A DNA stretch of 64,000 bases from Minutocellus sp. GHC0000111 (Eukaryota), in assembly GCA_977018835.1 (NCBI GenBank), contig OZ361259.1, forward strand, positions 2,976,001 through 3,040,000, written 5' to 3'. The number at the start of each line of letters is the position of its first letter. The first letter of the stretch is position 1. The notes beneath the pieces were generated by a model. The model saw only the letters and a program-made list of their open reading frames with translations, was not told where the DNA came from and did no database searches. Shown here in pieces: positions 12,009 to 23,900 of this stretch. The position numbers were made by a program, and so were the translations under genes.

Positions 12009-14014
12009 ATGGCCAACGATGCCATGGCGTTCCTGCGCCTTGCCACGCTGCTCATTGGTCTTCCCGCCATAATAACGTTTGTGCATTTGCGTTATGTGGC
12101 ATCAAGGCACGGCATATGCTTTGTTGGGCCTGCCGAGAAAAATGCCGTGAATTTTGCTACGCCTCCATTTTTGTCGTCGGACAAGACGAGGCGGAGTGAG
12201 GCAAGCGCATCATCAGGTGATGACGATGGAGATGTCAGCGGCCTGTCTGCTGCATATGGAATGTATATGCAAAGTAGTAGCCAATCTTATTCCCAGGTGT
12301 ATCGTGCAGGCGGGTCAAGTTGGAACTTTGGCTGGCCTGGATAACATCCGTTGTGTCGACTCTCGCTTCGCCAACGTCGAGTCTCTTGCGTCGGCAAGTG
12401 CGAAGGGGGTCGGGCGCACAGTCTTTGGACCATGTGATCGCACATGACGACGATAAGGATAGCTGGTGCATTTCCAAGTCAAATGGTGAACCTTTGCATT
12501 ACAAGGATGGTTCGTTGGTATGCTCCGATAGTAGAGATATTCGCATCAAGTGTCCCAGTAGTGGCATGTCCGCCAACAGGAGGAAGCTGAAAGGAACAAG
12601 GCGGAATGAGAATCTGGAGCAAATCCTTTACCGACCGGCCACGACGCTACTGCTTGGCCTGAATGTATATCTTGCCTACCGGTACTGGGATGGTCGCATT
12701 TCACCGTCGTTAGTGGCCAAGATCTATAGTAAAATTGTGGTGGAAAACGAACTGTGGCGGTCCTTTTCAGGTGCTACAGCACACTTTGAACCGCTCCACT
12801 TGGGTTTCAACATGATGAGTCTATATTCCTTGGGCATGGAACTTGAAGAAAATTTTGGATCCATCAACTTTTTCTTGTACAATGTCACTTTGATTGTACT
12901 GACGACTGCGGTGATGATGGGCTTGACCTTTTTCCGAATTCAGCATACCGGTAACACTGCTCTCTCCGAAACCAGCACCGTGGGTTTCAGTGGCGTTCTC
13001 TTTGCATGGATGGTGGTTGCGAGCCTCGAAAGATCGAAAACATGCCCGGTACCCTTTCTGCCAGACATGTGCTTTGACACTTATAACTTCTGGGGGCTCA
13101 AATTCAATGCTGGACCACTCGTTCAATTGGTCATCGCTCAATTCATCATGCCAAGAGTTAGTTTTGTCGGCCATTTGGCAGGTATTATCTGTGGGTTTCT
13201 TGTGCATTGGTCACTGGTACCTCTAAGTTTGTTTGGTCCTCAGATGTTGATACCGGCTTCCTTTTTAGCGCATCTATGGATCGTACGAAAATGTGTTCCC
13301 GTTGAAAGAGACGCGAACGCAGAAGATGAGGAGGCTCTCAATCTTGTCGAAGGACAGGGTGATGAAAATGAGAGGTCAAGTACTCAACGACGGCCGGGAG
13401 AGCGCGTGTCAAGGCGACACCGCCTTCTTGCACTGGTGAAGAATGCGATGCTTGCCATTTCTATTTTATCCTTGGTGCTATACGATATCAGTTTGATCTT
13501 ATCGCAGGTCGTGGTTGTCGCCTTTTACACGTTTAGTGTGCAGAGCAATGCGCTGTTATTGTGGTACCGAGGACAATCAAGTTCGAGCGTTGATGACAAG
13601 CGCAAGATCACCATGGAAATGTCACGAGGAGGAATATTGTGGCGAGGTTCAGTTCTCTCCCTGGTATTACTTCTCGTTACAGATGCAATGACTTTATTTG
13701 GGTGGATCATTGCGTCTATCGACGTGGTAGCCGAGCGTCACTTGCTGTTTGGCTTTTGGCCTGCGATGGCCATCATGCTGTTGCGACTTTCGACCAACTT
13801 TATCGGTTTGTGCCTCGCTGTGGGAGTGCTGCATGATCTGGTAGAGTGTGGTGAGGGGTTTTTTGTAATTGTATTTGGCTTGGTACTTTCATGGGGGCGA
13901 GAAATCAGTGAGAAAATGTTTTCCTTGTTTGCTCGAAGAGAATCGGTTGGTATATTTGAGGGGAGAGGGAACGTACTTGGTGGTGGTGGGCATGCATCAT
14001 CCCATACAAATTAG
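12009..14014 (+). CDS. Rhomboid-family intramembrane serine protease (RHBDD1/RBL-like) with C-terminal SHP box; frameshift at about 12327
   Basis: ELWR, HFEPLHLGFNM, catalytic GFSG and VGHLAG motifs; several TM helices; terminal FEGRGNVLGG. Confidence 0.85.
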
Positions 14015-14078
14015 CATGATCACGCCTTCTACAGTGTAGTCCCATACTTCTATCTACATAGTCTATCTATCGATCAAA

Positions 14079-14630
14079 CTATTTGCACCAAATTGGAAGC
14101 AATCCTTTTATTGCCAGATTGTTGTCAATCTCCAGAATAGGCATGGCCAATGTAGCAAGAGGAGAGACTGGCTGATACTCCATTGTAAAATCAACGACAC
14201 ATCCATCTCTTAATTCCTTTCCAACGTCGTCCCTTACGGCAAAAATCATTCGGCAATCTTTGGCAATAGTCGATAAGCCCCCCGGTGAATGAAAGGACAA
14301 GTCACCAGTGCTGCTATTCGAACGCTCGCATGTCCATCGTACGCTGAGCGGTAATAAGGGCGGTAGACCGAACACCTCATCTACTTCATCTCCCACTACC
14401 ATCGATGTGTCAGTTTGAGAGTAGGAGTTTCCCCGAACCGGTTGCACCGAGTGACTTGATGCTACAATCTTGGGCCAATTCGATGGTGTCGAGAGGAAGG
14501 CATGTGCTTTCAGGGCAGATACTCCTGGCAATCTCGTGCTGGTCTTCAGCTGAATTGCGCCAACACACGAGAGCAACAGCGACAGAAAGCAAAGGAAAAA
14601 TGCAACGCTGACGCTGACGAGCCGACTCAT
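14079..14630 (-). CDS. SRPBCC/polyketide cyclase-like (START fold) protein with signal peptide
   Basis: Hydrophobic N-terminus, FLSTPSNWPKIV, and a C-terminal beta-strand/helix pattern (VVDFTMEYQP...ILEIDNNLAIKGLL). Confidence 0.6.
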   Translation of the reverse strand: MSRLVSVSVAFFLCFLSLLLSCVGAIQLKTSTRLPGVSALKAHAFLSTPSNWPKIVASSHSVQPVRGNSYSQTDTSMVVGDEVDEVFGLPPLLPLSVRWTCERSNSSTGDLSFHSPGGLSTIAKDCRMIFAVRDDVGKELRDGCVVDFTMEYQPVSPLATLAMPILEIDNNLAIKGLLPIWCK

Positions 14631-14940
14631 TTTATCTCTGGAACTTTGAAGGAATGGGGACTGGTCACATAGAGGTACATTGCTTGGGGTGTAGTATGAA
14701 GGTTTGACAGTGGCGGTTCATGAGCTGGCAGTCAGAGCGCTCGCGTGTTCGGCCGGTGTGGCGTCTGTTTGTGGCGCGCGGTACCGCTAACTTCATTTTC
14801 TTACATTTTACGCGTTGCGGTGTGTCAGAAAGTCTCTGCCCATCCATTGCATTCATTGAAGGCATTGAAGGCAACCCGCCGCCGAAGGCCCGAAGACCGC
14901 GAAGATAAGAAGCAACCTGCGTAACCATAACGACATACTC

Positions 14941-15880
14941 ATGACTTCCCACCACGTGCTTTCCGTTCTACTCATCTTTATCGGCAGTAGCATCAATGGA
15001 GTGACGGCGCTGGTAGACTCTTCATCACCTCACTTGTTGGACTCTTTCCCTCGCATCATTTATGGCACGGCCTGGAAGGAGGACCGAACTGCTGATCTGG
15101 TCTATGATGCCGTCCTGTCTGGTTTCAGGCACATTGATACAGCCTGTCAGCCAAAACATTATCAGGAGGAGCAAGTTGGTGAAGGTTGGACCCGCGCCGC
15201 GGCAGAACTTGGACTCGGCCGCGAGTCGATTTGGCTTCAGACGAAGTACATCTCTCGATGGGCAGGATCCTGAAAGGATTCCATACGATAAAGATGCCTC
15301 GTTAGAAGATCGAGTTCGGCAATCAGTTGCAAAATCTCTTGAAAACCTTAGGACGGATTATTTGGATTCATTGGTAATGCACGGTCCCGAGGGCAACTGG
15401 GATGACATGGAGCTGGTCGATGAGGGAAAGGTTCGAGCTCTTGGAATATCAAACTTTTATCAAGCCGATGCCGTCGAGTTTTTGTATGACAACGTCAAGA
15501 TCAAACCATCTGTGGTGCAAAATAGGTTCTACAAAGATTCAGATGTTGCGTACGATGTTTTAACTCGAGCATTCTGCCTCGAAAAGGAAATGGAATATCA
15601 ATCCTTTTGGACTCTGGGGGCGAATAAACACGGACTGCAAAACGAAAGGATTCAGGAACTGGCGAGGGCTAAGCAACTGACAGTAGAAAATTTGATGTAC
15701 GCGTTTGTTATGGCCATTGGAATCACACCGCTTGATGGAACGACCAATAAGCAACACATGCGAGAAGACATGGATTTGTTAAAGCGAATAAAAAGTGGCG
15801 AAACAATTCTTAGCGAAGAGGAAATTGGTTTGTTTTCAGAGATTTTGGGCATACCAGATGTTGGAGGAGATGAGCTTTAA
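14941..15880 (+). CDS. Aldo/keto reductase with signal peptide (frameshift at about 15252; short deletion at about 15410)
   Basis: IYGTAWK, GFRHIDTA..HYQE, WLQTK, SLENLRTDYLDSLVMH, GKVRALGISN, PSVVQNRFY. Confidence 0.85.
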
Positions 15881-16095
15881 GCAGTTTCAGGAGCTACGTA
15901 GCTACAGTAGTTATGTGCCTACGTAGTGTTTGTTGCACAAAAAGAATTCTAGTTACTTACGAGCCAACTAATAGTAATGTACAAGAACAAACAAAGCTGT
16001 GCCGATCAACGCGACGCCTCCACCAGATAAAGGTTATTGCAGTACCCATGCGTTCCCCATTTTATGAACGATTCAAGAATCAAGCTAAGGAATAC

Positions 16096-17018
16096 CTATA
16101 TCCGACGGCCTGAAGGAAGCTCGTCCGAAAGGACCTTGAGTTCGTCTGCTCGTGTTACGGCGATCTTGGCGCAGTTCTTCATGACCACGTCCACTGCATC
16201 CGGTGGCAAGGACTTGAGCAGCTTGAGAGCTCGTTCCTTGCCCATCGGGCACGAGTCGACATTCTTGAGAGCTGCTTCGACTCCAGAGTCTCCGAGAAGG
16301 CCGTATAAATAAGCAGCGAGCGGAGAGTTGGCCAGATCGAACTTGGCGTCGCTCTTGCGACCAATCTTGAGAATATCGTAGACTTCATCATCAAGCGCAA
16401 TGCTGTTCCTTCTCTTGTTGTCTACAGGAATAAAGTCGTCCAAACGATCAGTGTAATGATCTCGCCCGGGCATGTCGCCCACAAACAGAGCCATGGGCGC
16501 GTCACCTCCTGTTAGTTCGGCCAGCGCGGCTAGGAGCGATACCGATAAGAGCTTGGCGCGAATGTATAGCTTGGCAACCTGAATATTTCGTCTTGTAAGT
16601 CGCCGAATCTCTTCGAGTTGCGCAACTGTTGGACTACCGCGGAAGGAGTTGAAGACGACCTTGTAGTTGAGATTAGAAAAGAAAACCCGCTGCAGAAAGG
16701 TTTTGTTCTTCTTCGACAGGTTGGAATCCTCCGCTGGCGGCACTTCCTGGGACGATGCTGGACGGGAACGCTACCGAGGCCGCGGTCGTCGAGCCATTGG
16801 CATGTCCGGTGTGCATGTTTTCTCCACCATTCGAGAGGGTGACGGTGGTGGCTGCCGTAGCAGTACGTTCGACCTGTGCCCGATGCCACACCGCCGCCGA
16901 GCTCTGCCGCCGCTCCTTTCTTCTTCGAAAAGGAGGGCGCCTGCTCGGGTATCGCCGAGGACGCCGACACGCTGTCCGTCACGCTACTCGACGAGCAGCA
17001 AGCCATTCGAAGCACCAT
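16096..17018 (-). pseudogene. Disrupted or collapsed conserved algal protein (C-terminal half present, central part apparently missing)
   Basis: Conserved-looking block FNSFRGSP...YIRAKLLSVSLLAALAELTGGDAPMALFVGD...SPLAAYLY. The upstream low-complexity N-terminus needs frameshifts at about 16880 and 16750. Confidence 0.5.
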
Positions 17019-17433
17019 AGTTGGGATTGACTCATTCACGAATGGAATTCCAGTTCAAGGGACGGGTGGACTTATTCGGCCTGTTCGCGTTGCGTGATCG
17101 ATCGACGCCAGAAAGCTCATGCTTTCTCGTGGTGTGTTCCAGGGGATCAAGATTGCATGGAGCAAAATCAGGATGGAAATCCAATTTGCACACAACTTAC
17201 AAAACTGTTTCTTGGGGAGTTTGACCATTTTCCCCTTTTTACTTGCAAAGTATCTAACGAATTTGCTCTAGAGCCCCCCTACTATAATTACCCCTATATT
17301 ATTCGGCGATCCCCCTTTATTACAAAAGGTCTCTTGAAATCCTAAAAAAGCGCTAATGATGCACAAAGTACTTTTGTTAGCATACTTGCTTTTGCTAACC
17401 GTTGACACAAACCGAAACACAACAGACCACGAC

Positions 17434-18405
17434 ATGCAATCCGAACAACGTGATGATACATGCCCTGCCGATGAGCACCATTACTGCTGCGTCGAGTGTC
17501 TAACGCCAACTCCGTCGCTTTATCGGCGCTACACCACGCACGCCTCGGTGAAGCTAACGCGATGTCCGACATGCGGTCGCGATGTTGACCCCTACGTCGA
17601 ACGAGAGGCGATGCTCATCGCCTTCGACGTTATTCTCCATCGGCTGCCGGCGTACCGCCACACATTGTTCAATCGCGATCCGTTCGCCGACTTTTGCCCG
17701 GCAGCGTCCATCGGCCGATCGTTCAAATTTGGTCTCGGGTTGTCGATATTGGACGCGTACATCAAATTTGAGGCGCTGCGCTTTCGGTTGTACTCGGGGG
17801 TGGTTGCTGTCACCAAAATTGGCAGTGACGGTGGTGGTGGTGATGATCCATCTATGTTTGCACATTTGTTAGCGTGGTCGTTCCTAGAGCAGATGTTGCT
17901 ACTGATCGGTACTGTACTATTCGCGTGGCCGCTTCTACGCAAGTTTGGCGTGACTTCTTCCAACTTAGGCAAAGACCTACCGATACCAACAACGAGAGGT
18001 TACATTGTTTCCCGACTAGCACTGGCCATCATGCTTCCCAGTACCTTCAAGGCTGTCACTATATTCGTTCATATATGGGAGAATTCTCCCACAACGCGCA
18101 CCCTTGGCTCCTTGTTTGTTGCATCAATGCAGTGGGTGGGAGTTCACTGTTGCATCGAACGTGTAATGACGTGGATTGCTGACACTCGCCAACAATGTTT
18201 GGGAGGAGAACGGAAGGGACGACTCCAAGGCATAATTTCGTTTATACCTGGATATCCCATCATTGGTGGTTTTATGCTGCGATCAATCATTTCTATTGTT
18301 TTTGGATTTCTTTTGGATGTGCCCGTCATGATGAGACAATGTTCAGGAATTCGTGTGGTCGTACCATTTGGTGACCAAGAAGAAGAGCAAATCTGTTTTC
18401 TTTAG
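17434..18405 (+). CDS. ARV1: ARV1 family ER lipid/sterol homeostasis protein
   Basis: Arv1 homology domain CVEC..SLYRRY..VKLTRCPTC..VDPYVE...DVILHRLPAYRHTLFN, followed by TM helices. Confidence 0.9.
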   Translation: MQSEQRDDTCPADEHHYCCVECLTPTPSLYRRYTTHASVKLTRCPTCGRDVDPYVEREAMLIAFDVILHRLPAYRHTLFNRDPFADFCPAASIGRSFKFGLGLSILDAYIKFEALRFRLYSGVVAVTKIGSDGGGGDDPSMFAHLLAWSFLEQMLLLIGTVLFAWPLLRKFGVTSSNLGKDLPIPTTRGYIVSRLALAIMLPSTFKAVTIFVHIWENSPTTRTLGSLFVASMQWVGVHCCIERVMTWIADTRQQCLGGERKGRLQGIISFIPGYPIIGGFMLRSIISIVFGFLLDVPVMMRQCSGIRVVVPFGDQEEEQICFL

Positions 18406-18730
18406 AGTTCGATTCAACTTATAAAATACTCTCCTATAAGTACATGCAGCACCTACCACATGGCTTACATGTACCGTTCCTACTTTACATGTAGAAGTAA
18501 AAATGAATCTTGGCGTCTCAGATGCCCTACATGCCTCGAGCATGTCCTGAGCTATGTCCCACCTATTTCCTGCTCTCAAACATGGGCGGTTTGTAGCAAT
18601 CTGCGCGGCATCACCTTGAGGTAGGTGCATGTAGCGTGTCATATAGATACTATACTGGGTATGCGAAATCCTCTAAATCGAAGCTTTGCAAACATGCAGC
18701 TATCGACTTTCAACGGCAACAGGACTTGTA

Positions 18731-19271
18731 CAGTCCGTGCACACCAATAAGCATATCCATTTTTGAGCTGAGGTCTCAATATGCTTTTGTTGGGGCAAAA
18801 CCTGAGGTCTGGCTTAAGCATATGCTTATTAGATGATGATGTGGCAGCACCATGTAGCAAAGTAAGGTCTAAGGAGAGAAATACATGCATGAAGCTTTTA
18901 CTCTACCTACACGTCGCTAGATCTTCATGCAAACCTCTCCAGACCGCCAGCAAGCCTTACATGTACATGTACTCCAACGCACCAAGACTTCAGTCCGACC
19001 TGAAGTGAAGCCTCATCGTCACCTGAAAGGAGCTTTTCTAAGTCCCCATCGGGAAGACATGACCACCACCGAAGGACTGCGAGGGCCTTGCCCATGATCT
19101 CAGAGGCCTGCCATCGAAGGACTGCGAGGGCCTTGCCCATGATCTCAGAGGCCTGCCATGAGAGAAAAATAAGCATAGCGCTGAAGCTGAGGTCTCATTA
19201 TGCTTATCAGAGGCAAAAATCTGAGGTCTCAAACAAGCATATCAAATATGCTTATTGGTGTGCACGGACTG
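18731..19271. mobile_element. Non-autonomous Tc1/mariner-type MITE, 541 bp
   Basis: Perfect 26-bp TIRs CAGTCCGTGCACACCAATAAGCATAT (18731-18756) and its reverse complement (19246-19271). TA on both sides (18729-30, 19272-73). No transposase ORF. Confidence 0.9.
19070..19159. repeat. Perfect 2x45-bp tandem duplication inside the MITE
   Basis: CGAAGGACTGCGAGGGCCTTGCCCATGATCTCAGAGGCCTGCCAT at 19070-19114 and 19115-19159. Confidence 0.95.
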
Positions 19272-19427
19272 TACCAAATTTCGACAACCGTTGGTAAGAA
19301 TTTTACACATGTCAAAGATGTAGCATGTAAAAGAGAGTGCTCTGCGTAGCTAGAGTATCAATAACTGCGTAAATGATTGACTTGGTTTTAGAATATATCG
19401 CTTATGCGTACCGGTAAGAGTTTATTA

Positions 19428-20138
19428 TTATAGACAAATATGTTCAAAATTGTTTGGTGGTGATTTCCTGCCATTTCTTTCAAGCTTGGCATTGGATTGT
19501 TCGGCGACGTGCGCTGGATTTCTCCGCGACGGACCGTTCCAACTCTGAAGCTTCGTCACCAGTGTCGTTGGTCTCGACGGCCTTCTTCTGATTGATGATG
19601 TTGAAGAAGGAGGGGCAGGAGAGGCAGTGGGGGGAGCGGCGACGACTCGGCCTACTCGGCCTACTTGTTCCCTCCGTCGCATGGTGCGAACGTAGGCCTC
19701 ATCCTTGGCGGCGAGGGTGATGGCCTCCTCGACGCTTCGTTGGGAGATTCGTGAGGCGATGGATCGGATCTCTTCGGGATCGGCGTGGTACAGCCCTCGC
19801 TGCCACTGCGCTTCTTGGTTGTCGATGACGGCATCGATGAGGTTCTCTCGGCACTTTCGAAGACGCGCCACCGAGGCCGGGTCGAGGAGCTTCTCGATGC
19901 CACGGGTGCAGATGGAGGCATCGCGTGGATTCTTCCGCGCCATACGAACGCAGGTGACGAGTTCACCCTGGTTCTTCTTGGACTCTTCGGGAGTAGGCCA
20001 GAGGGATTGAATCTCGCGGACAGACAATTCCTCCACGGTTGGTATTGCGAGGACACGGGTTTTGGGGTGGAACGACACCTCGCGACGACGATCGCGACGC
20101 TTGTGCCGTTGTTCTTCTTGGATCGGACGGTTGCTCAT
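19428..20138 (-). CDS. Hypothetical protein of a diatom-type family (VSF...LW...CTRGIE...IDAVIDNQ)
   Basis: Clean 236-aa ATG ORF with a motif pattern common in expanded diatom hypothetical families. Confidence 0.75.
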   Translation of the reverse strand: MSNRPIQEEQRHKRRDRRREVSFHPKTRVLAIPTVEELSVREIQSLWPTPEESKKNQGELVTCVRMARKNPRDASICTRGIEKLLDPASVARLRKCRENLIDAVIDNQEAQWQRGLYHADPEEIRSIASRISQRSVEEAITLAAKDEAYVRTMRRREQVGRVGRVVAAPPTASPAPPSSTSSIRRRPSRPTTLVTKLQSWNGPSRRNPAHVAEQSNAKLERNGRKSPPNNFEHICL

Positions 20139-20824
20139 TGCTGTGGTGCTGCTGGCTTGGTGGAGATTTAAGTTGAGTTCGTTTGCTGCTTTATGAAAGA
20201 AGTGGTGGGGTGGAAGTGATCAGAGAATGCACACAGAGCAGGAGGACAAATGGACTGTGTAATACTACAACGTAGAGTAATGGTAATGGTGTCGAATTCG
20301 CTTTTGGTTCAAGTGCCACCTTGCCTTGCACAGTTGAAGGCTGGCTGGTTGATGAAAGTTGAAAGCGGGATATGGCGACGGGGCTGATGAGTTGAAATGC
20401 CTCTGACGCTCAGGGGATGCATGGCCTCAACCATTTCTGACGATCCCGTTGTCTGTTGATCGGAAAGCCCCGTTGTTCCGTTCTCTTCTGATCGGGAAAG
20501 CCAAATTAAGACAACCAAATAGAAATTTCTCGTTCAACAGGAAGGAAAGTCAAGCGCGCGCCCGCTACGTCGTTGAAGATGAATGACAAAAACTGAGCCT
20601 TGTACACAATTTTCTCTGACGCATATAGAGTCCACGACCGCATATATAATCATCGCATAAATTATCATCGACGGGAACACAGTTTCCAACGCGTCGACAT
20701 TCAAACCGACATTCGAAAGGTGAAGGAGACGCTCGTTGATGAAATTCGGGCTGTTGTTTGCAACGTGCCTCATTTTCGTCTGTCCATCGCGCAAGCCAAT
20801 CGCAAGCTGCCGCTGCTGCTGCTG

Positions 20825-20910
20825 TGCATGCAGAGGCTCGTCATCTCCTCGCCTTTTGCATTTGATATGCATGCAGAGGCTCGTCATCTCCTCGCCTTTT
20901 GCATTTGATA
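20825..20910. repeat. Perfect 2x43-bp tandem duplication upstream of UGGT
   Basis: TGCATGCAGAGGCTCGTCATCTCCTCGCCTTTTGCATTTGATA at 20825-20867 and 20868-20910. Confidence 0.95.
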
Positions 20911-20990
20911 CTCTACAGCTAGAGCTAGTATTTGCTACGCAGGCCTTGCTTCCAAGCCACCGCTCATCCCTCCAAATAGGGCAGTCAAAC

Positions 20991-23900
20991 ATGAGACGGC
21001 GGCGCAATCGTCCCGTCCAGGACGCCTCGGGCATCGTGTGCTTTCGTGGCTCCACTTCATGTAAAAGCACTTCTCCCACCCGGCGTGTCGGCTCTCCAAT
21101 CCTCCACGTGCTTGGCGCCATCAGTGTCCTGTGCTGCTGCTTCTCCTCCTCCCCATCATCCGGCCCGTTGGCATGCCACGCCTTTGATCTCAAGTCGTAC
21201 ATTTATGGCAGCGCCGACGACGCCGACGAGAACGGCGCCGGTGCAACCCGCAGGTCGGAGCGGCTTCCCAAGGTAGTGTCGCGCAACGTGGAGACCAGCG
21301 TCGCCGCGGCCGATTGGCCGACCACCCCGCTCAGCCCGCTTTGCGAGGGTTGGGCCTTCCTTGATGCCGGAGATACCAACAACGACGACGATGGCGATGA
21401 TGGCGATGGTGGCGGTAGCTCCGATGTTGACTCCGAGAAGGAGAAACTCAAGTGGGGATATTTGGATGCCCTCACGGCAAATGCTGCTGGCGGCATTCCC
21501 TCCACGTATGACGAGGCCATCGAGTTGGCTGTGCGGTCCGTGGCGCTTGGCACGCATACTGATGACAACGCCAACACCGATGATGACGATAGCATCGCCA
21601 AATCCTTCGATGAATCCTTCCAGGGACGTCTTCTCCGGTACAACCTCGCGTTGAGGACGTACAGTCCTCTCTGCGAGCTGCATCGCACTCTGGCCAGGGA
21701 TGCCGCCATTGGCTCTGGGCTGTACAAACCAACGTCCGTGGGCGGCGTTGGGTCCCTCTCCAATGCGTTTGCTGTGCTCTACCCAACAGGAACCGTTGTT
21801 ACGGATGCGGAACAGTTGGTCGAGGCATATCTGGATCAGCAGAGCGATGATGTTCGTGTTGCACCAGATGGTGGACCTGTGGAATCGCCTTTGCTCCCCG
21901 GCGAGCGGACTCGGATCGGTGCCAGCAGCACGCACCTTGTTGTCCTTTACGGGCAGTTGGGCACGCCCGAATTCCGCCACTTCTACAAGTTCCTGTCCAT
22001 CAATGACGTTCCCTTCGTCGTTCGGAGTATGGGCGCCATTGACTTTGAGGAGGTCGGCACCATCGGGCAGGAAGATTCAGTACACGTAGGCTTGACCGGC
22101 ATCCCCGCAACAAAGACCGCATTGCAGGGATACGGAGTCAGGCTTGATATTCGCAATCTAGAGTACAAGGTCTTTGATGACAAGGCCGATACCAACGACG
22201 ACGACGAGGATGACACTGAGAACGACGATGATGCCGAAGGTGAAGGCGGCGGTTCTGCTACCGGCATTCGGCCTGAATTTTTGGCAGGCTTCAACTTGAC
22301 CAGATTGGTCGAGAGGTCGTCATCTTCAGGCAATGCCATTGACGCCGACGATAATGCAACTCAACAAATTCTCTCGACGATGCAACGCACACTTATTGAA
22401 TCGAATCACGTTCAATCGTTCAAGGGTCAGACAGTACCTCCTCAATGGCAGCGCCGTGACCTCCCTTTGCAGGCGGCGCATGTTGTCTCGAGCGCATCGG
22501 ATCCGCTGTGGGCTTTGCAAGATGTGGCTCAGAACCTCCCGAGTCACGCATCGACGCTTGTTGAGGTGGCTGTTCCGGATGAGATTCGCATTGCGGCCGA
22601 ACTGGCAAAAGATATGCCGGCAGTAGCATCGGCCAGGGGGGATCAGGGTCCCTTTGCCTTGCTCGTCAACGGACGACAGATTGCTGTGCAACGCCCCAGC
22701 TTCAACGTTTTCGAGCTCATGAATATCCTTCGAGAGGAGAACGCTCTACTCGCAGACTTGGAGAAAAGTTTGGGATCGCACCTTGGTCCGAAGGGTTTGG
22801 CAGCTGTGCAGGATATGATTGAAATGGGCGAGGCGGCCTTGGACAGGGCCGGGTCCAAAGATGGTGCAATCAAGAAGAAGCAGGAATCTGATATGATGGA
22901 CGATCCATTTTTTGGTGGTGATGAAGACGAGGACGAAGAGGGCGGTGCCGAGGCAAAATTTAGGATCGATGTTGGCCGTGGATATCGCGGTGCGGTCACG
23001 TACATTAACGACATTGAGCGCGATCCTCAATATCGTCAGTGGCCGCGGTCGATAGAACAGATGTTGATGATGGCTCAATTCGGTCAGCCCCCAACAGTCC
23101 GGCGCAACATGTTTACTATGCTTCTTGTCCTCGACCCACTCTCCGGTGACGGAGAACGAATGCTGGACATAGCCATTCAATTCATTCAAGCCAATCTTCC
23201 GATTCGTCTTGGTTTCCTGTTCGTCTCCAACTCCGACATTGATACTTGCAAGGCTTCCAGTGATGAGGAGGAATGCTTGTTTCCTCCCCTGGATATTGGT
23301 GATGCCGTGGATTTATCAGACATCAAGGACGTGAAGGCGACGACAAAGGCAGTTTCTCTGCTTGTTGACAAATCAATCGAAAAACACGGTGGTATGGCCA
23401 CTCTTGGATTCCTTGATATGTTGCTATCGACTTGGAAGGGGGGCAAATCATCCCTCAAAGACCTGGTCGAAATTTACATCGATTTCTTGCGACGGTCACA
23501 ACTCATTGGTTCAAGCAGTGGCGCCATTGAAGACGCGTTGGCAGCCCTCGGCAAAGACACAACAAGAGATCCAGATGATAAGAAGAGTGCTTTCGTCGAC
23601 TATTCCATGGCAGTGGACTTTGCTATTAACAAATCAATCCGGCCAGGAATGAGTTTCCTCAATGGACTACCTTTGCCGGACAGTCCTCAGGAAATGCAAC
23701 GAATTTTCTTTGAAGAGCAAAATCACATCATGCAACTGGCCATGAGTGGAGCCATTACCGACAATAAGTGAGTCGGTTGTGATTTTACTTGCCATTGGCG
23801 TGGGCCTTTGTTTTTTTACCCGCTTCAAAGAGACACGGGCGTATTGATTTGTCAATTAATTATCATGCATTCATCTTATTTTCTCACGCAACCGCACTTC

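Noticed and set aside
19070..19159. 45-bp doublet (and the 43-bp doublet at 20825) as a CRISPR array
   Set aside because: Adjacent copies without spacers, no cas genes, eukaryotic context.
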